DNA of 63,127 nt, counting the filler, from Reclinomonas americana ATCC 50394 (lineage: Eukaryota), in NCBI GenBank assembly GCA_048213135.1. It is 16 parts of 16 records of this genome, joined end to end, with 100 filler letters (N's around TTAATTAATTAA, not from the genome) between each part and the next. Parts side by side here need not be neighbours in the genome. Positions count along the whole stretch, not along the records: positions 23,541 to 25,780 come from AFZH01021607.1; positions 25,881 to 28,163 come from AFZH01021608.1; positions 28,264 to 31,382 come from AFZH01021609.1; positions 31,483 to 36,460 come from AFZH01021610.1; positions 36,561 to 44,215 come from AFZH01021611.1; 11 more parts are not named here. The stretch is one strand, 5' to 3'. Position numbers and translations under genes: made by a program. The notes under the pieces are model-generated. The model saw only the letters and a program-made list of their open reading frames with translations. It did not search any database and had not been told where the DNA came from. This document shows positions 24,051 to 37,800 of this stretch, piece after piece (within the stretch, counting starts at the first letter, position 1; every line of letters begins with the position of its first letter).

Positions 24051-25780
24051 ATATGACGATACCCGATTCTTGATGTGACTGGCGGGTGGATCAGTGCATG
24101 CAGGACCAGTGACAGACAGTCAACCCGTTCTGATTCGGTTTTAATCGGCGGTGACAGTGTACCAACGTCGACCCCCTCGCCTCCCACAACACCTTGGCCA
24201 CCACTGCGTCGGTGGGCGGCAGCCGGTGACGCGCCCAGAGACAACAGCAGTGTGACGGTCCAACTGGCCAACAACAACAACATCAACAACAACAACACAT
24301 TCGGTCACCACGCCGACTGTTCTTCTCAAGAGACAGCGGGCGACCCAAGAATGACAACGGTGGACGGCATCTGTGACTGTGTGAGGAGGCGCACGAGCGG
24401 ACCACGGAGGTGTACCTCTGGGCACGATCGCGATGATGCCTCTTTCACGACTGTGGACGGTGGCAGTGTCAACCACTGTCCAGTGTGGCGTTCTGTGATA
24501 CCCAACGAGTTGTCTCGCGGTGCCTTTTGGTGATGCGACACCGAGCATCAACGGTCATGCTGAGTCCTGGATGAGCGAGTGAGGGCTGTGTGGCACCATT
24601 GCCCATGGCGAACGTGCTCATGCCCCCGCTTTCACCACCACTACATCAGCCGACCCGACCGCCACCAACCGTCTCCAACACCAACACCAACAATCAACAA
24701 CAACAACAACGACGACGATCACCAACAACGGTGGCGTCAGCAGACATATTCACTCGGTCACCACCACCACCACCACCACCTTTTTCGGAGTCTCATCAGC
24801 AACATCCACCCTCAACCTCCACCACAACACCTCACCTTCACAACATCTCATCACCGATGATGACTGCAACTGCCAGTGGCTACTTCCGACGAGTAGTAGC
24901 CACCAACACCTCCTCCGCCCTCACCTCGTCAGCAACAACAACAGTACCCCCCCAACCCCGACGACCACATGAACAACATCAATGTGGAGATACATTCTCG
25001 CCATCCATGGTACCATGCCCCTACGGTTTCACCACCACCTCGCCCATCAACAGCCTCCCCCCCGCTCACACCTACAACGACTCCATCACCCCTCACCGAC
25101 GACATCAACATCGACTACATGCATGCTCCCTCCAAATACGACTGCGCAATTTTACATCACCACCCACCCCTGGTCAATCGGCGACGCTGTCGACACGGTG
25201 CGGCGTATGTCGACGCCAGACACCAGTCACGACTACCAGCGCAGCCACCAACACCCACGCTTGGCAGTCATTACCCGCTCTTCAACAACAACATCGACGC
25301 GACGGTGACGCCCGTCGGCGGATGTCTGCCACCACAACCAGCGTCACCACCAGCGCTGCGGCTACACCGATGTCGGGGGCAACCCCCTGCTGCACTACCT
25401 GCTGTACCACCTGATGTGCTCGTGCCACCCCCAACGTCGCCACCCTCGTCGGCACATCATCTTCACCAGCATCACTGGCAGCCGCCCACCACCGCCATCG
25501 CCCACCATCAACACTGGCAACATTCATCATCTCAACATCAACAACAACATCAACAACGACACCAGCACCATCGAGGCGTTGCTGCATGACGCTCCACCAC
25601 CACCACCACCACCAACACCAACATCAACATTCACCATCAACAATCACCATCAACATCAACTGTCACCATCTGCAACAACACCTGTCCATCTGCAACGACA
25701 CCTCTCCAACACCACCACCATCATCACCATCATCATCAACAATGGCCGTATGGGTGGAGCGACTGTTTTCCACCGTTGCT
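23541..25780. other. Low-complexity CAC/CAA/CAG-rich segment of unclear function
   Basis: Triplet runs open several frames at once, there are degenerate internal repeats, and no domain or splice pattern is recognisable. Confidence 0.45.
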
Positions 25781-25880
25781 NNNNNNNNNNNNNNNNNNNN
25801 NNNNNNNNNNNNNNNNNNNNNNNNTTAATTAATTAANNNNNNNNNNNNNNNNNNNNNNNNNNNNNNNNNNNNNNNNNNNN

Positions 25881-28800
25881 TTAGCTCATACTTTTCATTT
25901 GCCCTTTTCTAAGTCTGGGGGCGGGACCCTTACGTCCCGCTGTCGATGTAGTCTGCGTCTCTAGAAGACACAGATGAATCAGATTTTTTTCTCAGTGTCT
26001 TATTTTTGCGGAAGAGCTTTAATGTGCAGTATTTTACTTCCCACGCTTTCTGGCGATAAGGCCTCTCTCCTAGGGGAGGCGTGGAGGAGTTGAGAGGAAG
26101 TCTCCCCCTCCGCCAGATACTAGGAAGAGCGTCACGACAAATGTACTACTACTACTACTACTACTCTCCAAACCTTCGCTGATGATGAGAGTGCTGTTCA
26201 TCCGACCTCCAACTCCGGTTCCATCGTCCACCAAAATCACCACCTGCATTCCACTTCCCGACAAGCGATCCACATTCGATCGTAACTCGGCAGCCGCAAT
26301 GAAAAAGTTCTCCTGCTCAGGGGACACCACAATGAGTGAGCGATTAAGACCAATGGCCACGACAATCGCGACTGCAGACCTTGGCAGCTCCGCCAACCAA
26401 GGTGAATGTATGCGTCTGGCAGCAATTGGCATCCAGCGCGCGCAGCCGTCCCACCAATCCATTGCGCGACACGGGTCCCTTGAACAGTGCCGGTTCAATT
26501 GCCACACCCACCGGTGCAGCATTCGCTGTAGGCCAGACAGGTGAGCTAGACGTAGCTGAGAGAGCGACGAAAAAAAGCAGTCCACACAAACCCTCTGTAA
26601 TAGTAAACGTCCTCTCCAGCCACAATCCATTGGAGTCTGTCGAGCGCACGATCACTTCGAAAGGCTGCCCGCCGACATTCTCCACCGTGAAGCGCAGCTT
26701 GTTGCCAGCAATGTTGAACATGGACGCTTGAGCGCCTCCTCGAATCGTGTACGTGAACGACTCGCAACAGTTGGAGTCCGTGGTCGTCAGTGTACCAACA
26801 ACGTAATTGGTGTTCAGTGTGCGAGGCACGTAGGTGGTTGCCGAGAGTGAGATTTCACTCGGGGCCACGAGCACTGCGGAGGCGTAAGCATATTGATCTA
26901 TGCAGCACAAAATCCTACTTTGTTCAACGTACCTTCCGAGAGAACAAAGGTCTTCTCCAGCACACCTCCTTGCTGATCGTCGGTTCGTATCGACACTTCG
27001 AGATTGTTGCCGGCTAGTGAAAGCACATTCGATACCAACTTGTCGTCTTGAATGCGGAATTTGGCCTACAATGTGGAAAAGGAGGTGAGCGAGCATGCCG
27101 CAGAACAGAAGAAGGGTGTGCTGAAGAACGAACCGCATCGGCGCCGCCAAGAATCGTATACACGATGGTGACGCAGCAGTTCGGGTGGGCGGTGCGCAGA
27201 GTGGCAACAGTGCCGCCGAGTGGCAGACCCACCGGGTACGACGTGCTGCCAACTGTCAGATTAGTCGGCAGGACACGGGCTGTGCGTGAAGGAGAAGCAA
27301 GTTAGCGGGAGTGTGAACAATAAAAAGAACGCAGCATGCAAACCTTCAGCAACAACAAAGAGCTTGGTAAAGGTCTTCGCGGTGGAATCTGTGACGGTGA
27401 TCTTGACGCTCCACGCTCCCGTGTCCCCAACTTGTGTCATCACCAACTGGCTTCCGATGATATCAAAGTGTGACTGCGATGATGAGAGGGAGAATGAGTG
27501 ACAGGTGGCCAAGAGTTTTCAACAAAAAAGGCCAGGAAATACGTCAGGTAAGATCCTCTTCTCTTGTGCAACAGCTGAACAACTGTTCTACGCTCAGCAC
27601 TGTCATCTTTCTTCCGCGCCTCTTCGGTTTTCATATGTCTTGTGTTTGTTCCACAAACAACTCCTCATTGGGCGAGCGTGATATTCTCTCTCTCCCCTTA
27701 TCACGGACACGCACATACACACGTATTCAACAGACTGGAAAGTGATCCTCTGGCGACACAAGATGTTCGCTGGCAGCTCTCTCTTCATCTCTCCCCTTGT
27801 CCTCTTTCTCTATAACTATTTTCATGTCTTCCACATCATCTGTTCGATTGACACTATCATTCTCATTCCTTGTCGCCCCTCCCTCTCTGTTCTCTCTTCC
27901 TTCTCCTTCCCTCTCCTTTCTCCTTCCATCTCCTTTCTCCTTCCATCCCCCTTCTCATTCTCACTTCTCCTTCCCTCTCCTGTCTCCTCCCTCTCCCTTC
28001 CCCTTCCCTCTCCCTTCCCCTTCCCTCTCCCTTCTCCTTCTCTCTCCCTTCTCCTACTCTCTCCCTTCTCCTTCTCTCTCCCTTCCCCTTCCCTCTCCCT
28101 TCTCCTTCTCTCTCCCTTCTCCTTCCCTCTCTCTTTTCCCTCCCTCTCCCTTTTCCTTCTCTCNNNNNNNNNNNNNNNNNNNNNNNNNNNNNNNNNNNNN
28201 NNNNNNNTTAATTAATTAANNNNNNNNNNNNNNNNNNNNNNNNNNNNNNNNNNNNNNNNNNNNTTCTCCTTCTCACTTCTTCTTCTTCTCCTCCTCACTC
28301 TCCCTTCTCGATTCCTCTCCCTTCTCCATTCCTCTCCCTTCTCCATTCCTCTCCCTTCTCCTTCCCTCTCCCCTCTCCTTCCCTCTCTCGTCTCCTCCTT
28401 CCCTCTCTTGTCTCCTTCCCTCTCTTCTCCTTCCCTCTCCCTTCCCCTTCCCTTTCTCCTCTCCTTCTCCTTCCCTCTCCCTTTCCCTTCCCTCTTCCCT
28501 CACCGCATCCAGTTCCGACTCAATGGCAAACGTGAATGTGTCATCCGAATTGCCATCGACTGCCGACAGGACACCAACTACCGTGTTCAACATGGTAACA
28601 GGTGGCGTGTACACGGCGTTCGACAGCGCAATGTCGGATGGCGCCACAGGCACTGCGTAGAGACAAAATGAGCACAGAGAGACGCGCGTTGAATCATTGC
28701 GCGACGTCACCACACGCAAACCATCATCGACAACCAGAATCTTGTCCAAGAACGCTCCTCGGGAATCCGTGGAACGCACGAGCACGGAGAACCGACTGCC

Positions 28801-31800
28801 GCGTTGCTGAGCATTGCGCAACACGAGAGTTGTGCCATTGACGATTTGGAACAGGTCAGCCGCAGGTCCGCCCAGCAGCGTGTACGTGAACGTGTCGGCA
28901 GCGTTGTCATCGTCCGTCGTCAGTGTGCCAACCACCGTATTCGACGTCACCGTCGGCGGTGTGTACGTGGCGTCGGGAAGCACGCGAATGTCGGCAGGCG
29001 GTACATTGACTGCACAACAACAATGTTCACAGTCAGCTGCAACTCGTGAGACCCACAGCAAATTGTCGTCGTCGATACACCCACCTTCGTTGATCACAAA
29101 CGTCTTTTGGAAAATGACTCCATTCGTGTTGGTGGTGCGCACCACCACTTCCAGTCCGTTCCCGCTGACATTGGCCGGCACAAGGACCAGCTTGTTGGCG
29201 CCGGTGATGGTGAACTGCGCCTGCGCTGCGCCGCCGACCACTGCGTACACGTGACTCTGACCGACAGTGGCGTCCACCGTCGACAACGTGCCGATGATAG
29301 CATTGCCGGCGGCACTTCGTGGCACGTAGGTCGTTGATGAGAGGAAAAGGGCCAGCGGTTGCACCGTAACTGAGGAGCGGAGAGGAGAATGAAAACAATG
29401 AGGGCGAGGAGAGAAGCGACACAACAACATGCACCACGACTGGCAGAAATGAACACAAGCAGTCAAATCAATCACTTCTTTTCTAGTATCCACTCTTCCA
29501 CAAAAGTACCTTCGGAAATCGTAAACGAGCTGGCATACAGTCCACCTTGTCCGTCGTCCACTTGAATCTGCACTTGCAGTCCCGACACGACGGTCGCGTC
29601 GTATCGCAGATACAGCACCAAATCCAGGCCGACGAAGAATCGAGACGCGTCCGTGCCGCCGACGACAGAGTACGAGAACGTCTGGCAGCAGTTGTCGTCG
29701 GCTGCCGTCAACGCGCCAATGGGAATGTTGGAAGGCGCACCGGGCGTCACATACGACGTGCTACTCAGTTGCACCAGCGTGGGCGCCACATTTCCTGCGC
29801 AGCATGCTTGTGAGCTCCTTGACATTCCACTCGCGAAGAAACAAGAAAACACGAAACTCTCGTTCAAAGTAAACATTCGCGTGATGACATCCCCGCAGCC
29901 GACGCATGTACCAGTGACCTCAACTTCCAGCTGGTTACCGGTGACGCGCGCCACCCGGGTGACCAGCGACGATCCACTGACGGCGAAACTCGCCGCATCG
30001 ACACCACCAGTAACACTGAAAGTGTACGAATCGGACGGATTGGCATCGGTGACTGTCAGCACGCCGACCACCACATTCGACTGTGGCCAGTTTGGTGTGT
30101 AGACGTCGGTCGAGAGCACGAGGTCGGTGGGCGACACGTTGACTGCAGATTGATGTGAATGCGAATTCAAAGAAGGGATGTAGAAATACAATTGGTGCCA
30201 AGCGCGAGGCTGTCCACCTCACTCTTCCCCTCTTTCCCCCTCCCGTCCTCTCTTCACCCCCGACTCACCGTCATTGACGATGAACATCTTATCCAACGTC
30301 GCTCCAAACCGATCCGCCGTGCGCACAACAACGCGGAGACCACCACCCCGCACCCCCGTCGGCAACAGCGCCAGCTGATTGCCGTTGACAACGGCGAAGA
30401 GCGCAGAAGAGGAGCCGCCGACAATGGTATACGTAAAGGATTCGATGCTGTTAATGTCGACCGTCGACAGAATGCCGACCACCGTGTTCATTGTCGCCGT
30501 CGGTGGCGTGTACGTGTTGGCAGTGAGCGTAATATCGGTCGGCGGCACATTGGCTGCGGGTGGGAAATAGTGAGACAACAGCGAGAATGTTTCACAAAAA
30601 ACGCGAGTGGTGAAGAAACTCCCACCTTCTGTGATAGTCAACGACTGCTGCGTGGACAGCGGAGGCGTCGCGTCATCGGTCGACTGGATGATGACCGAAA
30701 GATTACTTCCGCGCTGTCCGGCATTGCGCAGCACCAGCTGATTGCCGTTGACGAGATCAAAAAGAGCAGCATCGCCACCGCCCACAATCGCATACGCGAA
30801 CGTCTGACAGCAATTCAGGTCCACAGTGGAGAGCGTGCCGACAATCTGGTTGGCCACTGGTGTCGGTGGAGTGTATGCCGAGGCGGAGAGCACGAGTCGG
30901 GTGGACGGCACATTGACTGCACAACCATGGCATCAGTATGAAGGACGAGGAGAGCATGAACTCGAGGAAATCAGAAAGAGGACAAAGAGAACAAGAGGGA
31001 AGAAGCACACACAGACGGTATAACGCGCCCTCATCCTCCCTCATCCTTTCCGTCATCCTCTCCTCCATCCTATTTCCCTTCCTCTTCCGTTCTCTCTCCC
31101 CCATTTTCTTCCCCTATCCTCTCTCCCATTCTCTCCCCCTAATTATCTCCCCCGTTCTCTCCCCATTCTTTTCCCCCGTTCTCTCCGCCATCCTCTCCCC
31201 CATCCTCTTCCCCATTCTCTCCCCCATCCTCTCCCCCCATCCCATCCTCTTCCCTCATCCTCCTCCATCCTCTCCCCTTCTCTCCTCCATTTTCCCCCAT
31301 CCTCTCCCTAATTCTCTCCCCCGTTCTCTCCCCTACCTTCTCCCCCATCCTCTCCCCCATCCCATCCTCTTCCCTCATCCTCNNNNNNNNNNNNNNNNNN
31401 NNNNNNNNNNNNNNNNNNNNNNNNNNTTAATTAATTAANNNNNNNNNNNNNNNNNNNNNNNNNNNNNNNNNNNNNNNNNNNNTCCCCATCCTCTCCCCCG
31501 TTCTTCCCCCATCCTCTCCTCACCCTCTCCCCTTTCGTCTCCCCCGTTCTTCCCCCTCCCCTCCCCTATCCTCTTCCCCATTCTCTCCCCCATCCTCTCC
31601 CTCATTCGTTCCCCACCAACTCACCTTCGTTGATTACGAATTGCAGCACCTGTGTCCCACCAGCGCCATCCGCCACCTCCACACTCACTTGCAACCCGGT
31701 ACCGGTGAGCCCGCCCGCGACGTTGCTGCGCAGCTGGTTGCCGACGATCGTGAACTTGCTCTGGTCAGCACCACCAACCAGCCGATACGTCAGCGTCTGG

Positions 31801-34800
31801 CAGCAGTTCGCATCGGTGGCCGAAAGCGTGCCAACCACTCCATTCAATTGCAGCGGCGGCCGATACTCGCTCGACGAGAGGGCGAGGCCCGTAGGAGGAA
31901 GATTGGCTGTTGTCATGGTGAGCAACATAAATGACACAAGACACGCTTCTCCCATGCGCACCAGCATTCACGGTAAGCAGTTGCGTGACGGACAGCGGCG
32001 GCGTGCCACTGTCGGTGGCCTTGATGCTCACGCTCAGCGGCGTGACCGTTTCGGTGGCACTGCTGATGAACAGCTGGTTACCGTTCATCACTCGGAACAG
32101 GGCGCCGTTGCCAGTTGGCAGCACAGCAAACGTGCAACTCTGTGCCGTGTTCGCATCGGTGCAACTGAGGGTGCCAACCAGTGCCAGAGGCAACTGCGTC
32201 GGATTGTACACAGCAGACGACAGCGTGACGCCAGTCGGTGCCACATTTGCTGCAGAAACCGAAACACAAATCGGTGAGTGGCATCATAAAAAAGTAAACA
32301 CAGTCTCCGTGCCCGACGCACCTTCGCTAATGCTGAACATTGCATTCGCCAAACCACCAGCTCCGTCGCTCACCTGCACCGTCACTTGCAAGTTATAGCC
32401 TGTCAGGCCCACCACGTTGCTCCGCAGCAAAGAGCCACTGATGTTGAACAGAGTGGCATCGGAGCCTCCAACGACAGTGAATGACAGCACCTGGCCGGTG
32501 TTGCCATCCGTCGACGACAGTGTGCCAATGACACCGTTCAGTGCAAGCGGGGGTACAAACAAACTGTTGGAGAGCACCGGAGCTGTCGGGAGGAGATTCA
32601 CTGCATCAAGAACACAGACCATTAGCATGTGAAAAGGCAGTCACCAAGAAAAGCATTGACGTGCGATGCTCGAAACTCACCCTCGTTGATGACGAAAGCG
32701 GTGCTGGCGACGCCACCTGCGCCATCGCTGACGCTCACCGATACCCGCAAGCCGTTGCCAATCAGCCCCGCCACGTTCGAGCACAGATTCGAACCGATGA
32801 TCACAAACAATGCCTGATCCGCCACCCGTGATGGTGAACAGCAGTGCCTGACCGGTATTGGGGTCGTTCGACAGCAGAGCTCCCACAACGCCGTGCAAGG
32901 CAAGGGGCTTCGTGTACGTGCTCGAAGACAGCGACGGCGTCGACGGCACAACATTGACTGCTCACTCATCCGTTGTTAGACACGCACAGACAGACAACCG
33001 AAAGAAAAAGAGAACGCAACTCTCGGAGATTGTGAATGTGCTGGTGGCCGAGCCGCCGGCGCCATCGCTCACCATCACCACCACCTGCAAGCTGTTGCCG
33101 GTGAGGCCGGCCACGTTGGAGCGCAGAGTCGCGCCGCTGGTGCTGAATTGCGCCGCGTGTGTGCCACCCGTGATGGTGTACGTCAGAGTTTGATCGGAGT
33201 TTGGGTCCACAGAAGTCAGCGTGGCGACGGTCCCGTTGAGCGCGAGCGGTGGCGTGTAGAGAGTGGTCGACAATGTAGGCGCCGTTGGCACCACATTGGC
33301 TGCAACACACAGAGCAAAGTAAGTGTACACATGAGCACAGAGATACAGACAGATGCAATTAGTCAACATAGCAACACACCTTCGCTGATGACGAATGTAG
33401 CACTGGTAACTCCACCAACTCCGTCGCTCACTTGCACTGTCACTTGCAGTCCATTGCCCGTCAGTCCGGTAAAGTTGGAACGCAGAGACGATCCGTCAAT
33501 GTTGAACAGCGACGCGTTGACACCACCGGCGACGGTGAAGGTCAATGTCTGTCCCGTGTTCGGGTCCGACGACGACAGTGTGCCAATCACACCGTTCAGC
33601 AGAAGCGGTGGAATGTACGTGGTTGTCGACAGCGTGGGTGCAGTCGGGGGGAAGTTGACTGAATGTGACACAAGGGAAGTAAGCGAGCATGCATCGATGA
33701 TCAATACGGGGTTTCGAGATGCAGACCTTCGTTAATAGTGAACGAAGTCGAGGCCGTTCCTCCAACGCCATCACTCGCTCGCACAGTCACTCGCAATCCA
33801 CTACCCGTGAGACCGGCAACATTGGAGCGCAAGCTCGTGCCGCTTATGTTGAACAAAGACGCGTTCGCGCCGCCAGTAATGGTGAAGGTGATGCTCTGGC
33901 CCGTATTCGGGTCGCTCGAGGACAACAAACCAACGACTCCATTCAAAGCCAGCGGCGCAACGTACGACAACGCTGACAGTGTCGGTGCCGTGGGCGAGAC
34001 ATTGGCTGCGGTGGACAATGCACTCAGAAAACAGAAGAGGAAAAAATGAACTGAAATGCAAAGCATACACACCTTCAGTGATAGTAAAAGTGCTGCTGGC
34101 CACACCACCGACGCCGTCATCCACGCGTACAATAACCTGCAGGCCGTTGCCAGTCAAGCCCGCGACGTTAGAACGCAAGCTGCTCCCGCTGATATTGAAA
34201 GATAATTGATTGGCTCCGCCGATGACAGAGAATGTCAGCGTCTGACCCGTGTTCGGATCACTCGAAGAAAGCGTGCCAATCACGCCGTTGAGGGCAAGCG
34301 GAGGCGCATATGTCGACAGCGAGAGGACAGGCACAGTGGGCGAGACATTGCCTGCACGAGTTGTCAAAAAGAAGAAAAAACACGGCAACAACGCAATGCA
34401 CAAGACCTTCGTTAATGATGAAAGTCGAGCTTGCTGTGCCGCCGACTCCGTCGCTGACTCGCACAGACACTTGTAGGCCATTGCCTGTCAGCCCAGCCAC
34501 GCTGGATCGCAAAACCGAGCCACTGATGCTGAACGACGATGCATTTGAGCCACCAATGATGGTGTACGTCAGCGTCTGACCAGAGTTGACATCCACCGAA
34601 GACAGCGTCCCGACTACGCCGTTGAAAGCGATTGGCGGCGAGTACGTCGTCGATGATAGGGCGGGAGCGGTTGGGCTCACGTTTGCTAATGGGGATTCAA
34701 TAAGCAACAGCTGAAAAAAGGGGGATTCTGGCAGGACAAACGACACACCTTCGCTGATGGTAAACGTAGTGCTTGCCGTTCCGCCCGCTCCATCACTGAC

Positions 34801-37800
34801 ACGCACAATCACTTGAAGACCATTTCCCGTCAGCCCAGGAGCATTTGACCGCAGACTGGTACCGCTAATGTTGAACCAGGCTTGATTCGTGCCACCAATG
34901 ATAGCGTACGTAAGCGTCTGACCCGTGTTTACATCTGCCGACGACAGTGTGCCAATCACACCATTCAGCGCAAGAGGTGGCGTGTACGTCGACGATGACA
35001 GTGTCGGTACAGTCGGTGCCACATTTGCTGATGCAGTCACCCACGTCAGTCGCATGACAGATTCATCAAGAACACGAGGACATCAAACACACCTTCGTTG
35101 ATCGTGAACGTTGCACTTGCTGTCAGGGTGCCGTCGCTGACCTGAACTGTCACTTGCAGGTTGTTACCCGTCAGGCCAGCCACATTCGACCGCAGACTCG
35201 TGCCACTGATGTTGAATGACGTCTGATTCGTGCCACCAGTGATCGTATACGTCAGTGTCTGGCCCGTGTTGGGGTCGGCAGACGACAAAGTGCCAATTAC
35301 TCCATTCGTGACGAGAGGCGGTGTGTACGTCGACGACGACAGCGTCGGTGCCGTCGGATTCACGTTGGCTGAGACGAACACTTGTGTCAGTGACAAGGCA
35401 CATACGAATCGAAGAGACAACAAACAAAGTTATACCTTCGCTGATCGTGAATGTCGTGCTTGCTGTCAGAGTTCCGTCACTAACTTGCACAATCACTTGC
35501 AGACCATTGCCAGTGAGGCCTGCCACATTCGAGCGCAGACTCGTGCCACTGATGTTGAACGAAGCCGAGTCCGTGCCACCCACAACGGTGTACGTCAGTG
35601 TCTGACCCGTGTTGGGGTCAGTTGATGCAAGCACGCCAATCACTCCATTTAACGCCAAAGGCGGTGTGTATGTCGACGACGACAGCGTCGGTGCAGTCGG
35701 TGCCACATTGACTGTCCCAGCCAGGAATGAGAGTCACGCGACAGACGTTCCAAGAACACGACAACAACAACAAATACCTTCGCTGATCGTGAATGTAGCA
35801 CTGGCCAACAATGATCCATCGCTGACCCGCACTATTACTGTCAGACTATTGCCAGTCAGACCAGCGACATTGGACCGCAAATTAGTGCCGCTGATGTTGA
35901 ATGATGATGCGCTGGCGCCGCCCGTGATCGTGTACGTCAGTGTCTGACCCGTATTGGGGTCGGTCGACGACAGCGTGCCAATCACTTCGTTCACAGCGAG
36001 CGGCGGCGTGTATGTCGACGAAGACAGCGTCGGTGCAGTTGGTGCCACGTTGACTTTCACAAGAGATGAGATGCGTGCGTGACCCACAAGAAAACGAGAC
36101 CCGATGCGCACCTTCGCTGATCGTGAATGTCGTGCTTGCCGTACCGCCTGCTCCATCGCTCACTTGCACAGTCACTTGCAGACCATTGCCAGTGAGGCCC
36201 GCAACATTCGACTGCAAGTCGGTACCGCTAACATTGAACAACGAAGCATCGGCACCACCAGTGACTGCATACGTCAGCGTCTGGCCTGTGTTGGGGTCGG
36301 TAGATGCCAGAGTGCCAATCACTCCATTTAGTGCAAGAGGGAAGGCATAGGTTAGCGATGACAGCGTCGGTGCAGTCGGTGCCACATTGACTGTCAAATA
36401 GTAACGGCAAGTCAACAAACAACGAATGAGAAAGACACAATCACTTCTTGAGACAGCAGANNNNNNNNNNNNNNNNNNNNNNNNNNNNNNNNNNNNNNNN
36501 NNNNTTAATTAATTAANNNNNNNNNNNNNNNNNNNNNNNNNNNNNNNNNNNNNNNNNNNNGACATCCGTGGACGACAGCGTGCCGATCACCCCATTCAGT
36601 GCAAGTGGTGGTGTGTACGTCAATGATGAGATTGCCAACAGAGTCGGCGCGACATTGACTACACGATGCAACAACATCAGCATGCGACAACGCAGAACAA
36701 AGAAAAGCAATGCATATGCAGGTCACACCTTCGTTGATCGTGAACGTCGTGCTCGTGGTCAGAGTTCCGTCGCTCACTTGCACAGTCACTTGCAGACCAT
36801 TGCCAGTGAGACCGGCAACATTGGATCGCAAGTTGGTGCCGCTGATGGTAAACGATGCTGCGTTGGAGCCACCCGTGATCGCGTACGACAGCGTCTGGCC
36901 AGTGTTGGGGTCGGAAGACGACAGAGTGCCAATCACTCCGTTCACGGCAAGCGGCGGCGTATATGTTGTCGAGGACAATGTCGGTGCAGTAGGTGCCACA
37001 TTCGCTGACAACATCAACGGCGTTTTGCTCAGTCGCACGACAAACAAACAATGAAACGAACGACGACATCAAACACACCTTCGTTGATCGTAAATGTCGT
37101 GCTAGCAGTCAGGGTGCCATCGCTTACTTGCACAGTCACTTGCAGGCCATTGCCAGTCAGTCCAGATACACTTGACCGCAAGTTGGTGCCGCTGATGTTG
37201 AACGATGTCGCATTCACGCCGCCCGTAATGACATACGTCAGCGTCTGGCCCGAGTTTGGATCAGTCGACGACAGCGTGCCAATGACACCATTTGTGGCAA
37301 GAGGCGGCGTGTACGTCGACGATGACAGCGCCGGCGCGGTCGGTACCACGTTCACTAACGCCAAGTGACCAACATCAGGCACACGGCAGACATATCAAAG
37401 ACACGACAACACCAACACACCTTCGCTGATCGTGAAAGTCGTGCTTGCAGTGCCGCCTGCACCGTCACTCACTTGCACAATCACTTGCAGGCTATTACCA
37501 GTCAAGCCAGCCACATTCGACCGCAAGCTCGTGCCACTAATGTTAAATGACGCCTGATTCGTGCCACCGGTGATGGTGTAGGTCAGTGTCTGACCCGTGT
37601 TCACGTCGGTCGACGACAGCGTTCCAATCACTCCATTCGTGACGAGAGGCGGTGTGTACGTCGACGACGACAGTGTCGGTGCAGTCGGAGCCACATTGAC
37701 TGTCGCAAACAGCAGGCAGGACACGTTGAGAAGAGTGTGTGGGATCACCTCAAACAAGCACGCATGACATGCAACCTTCAGTAATCGTGAACGTGGCACT

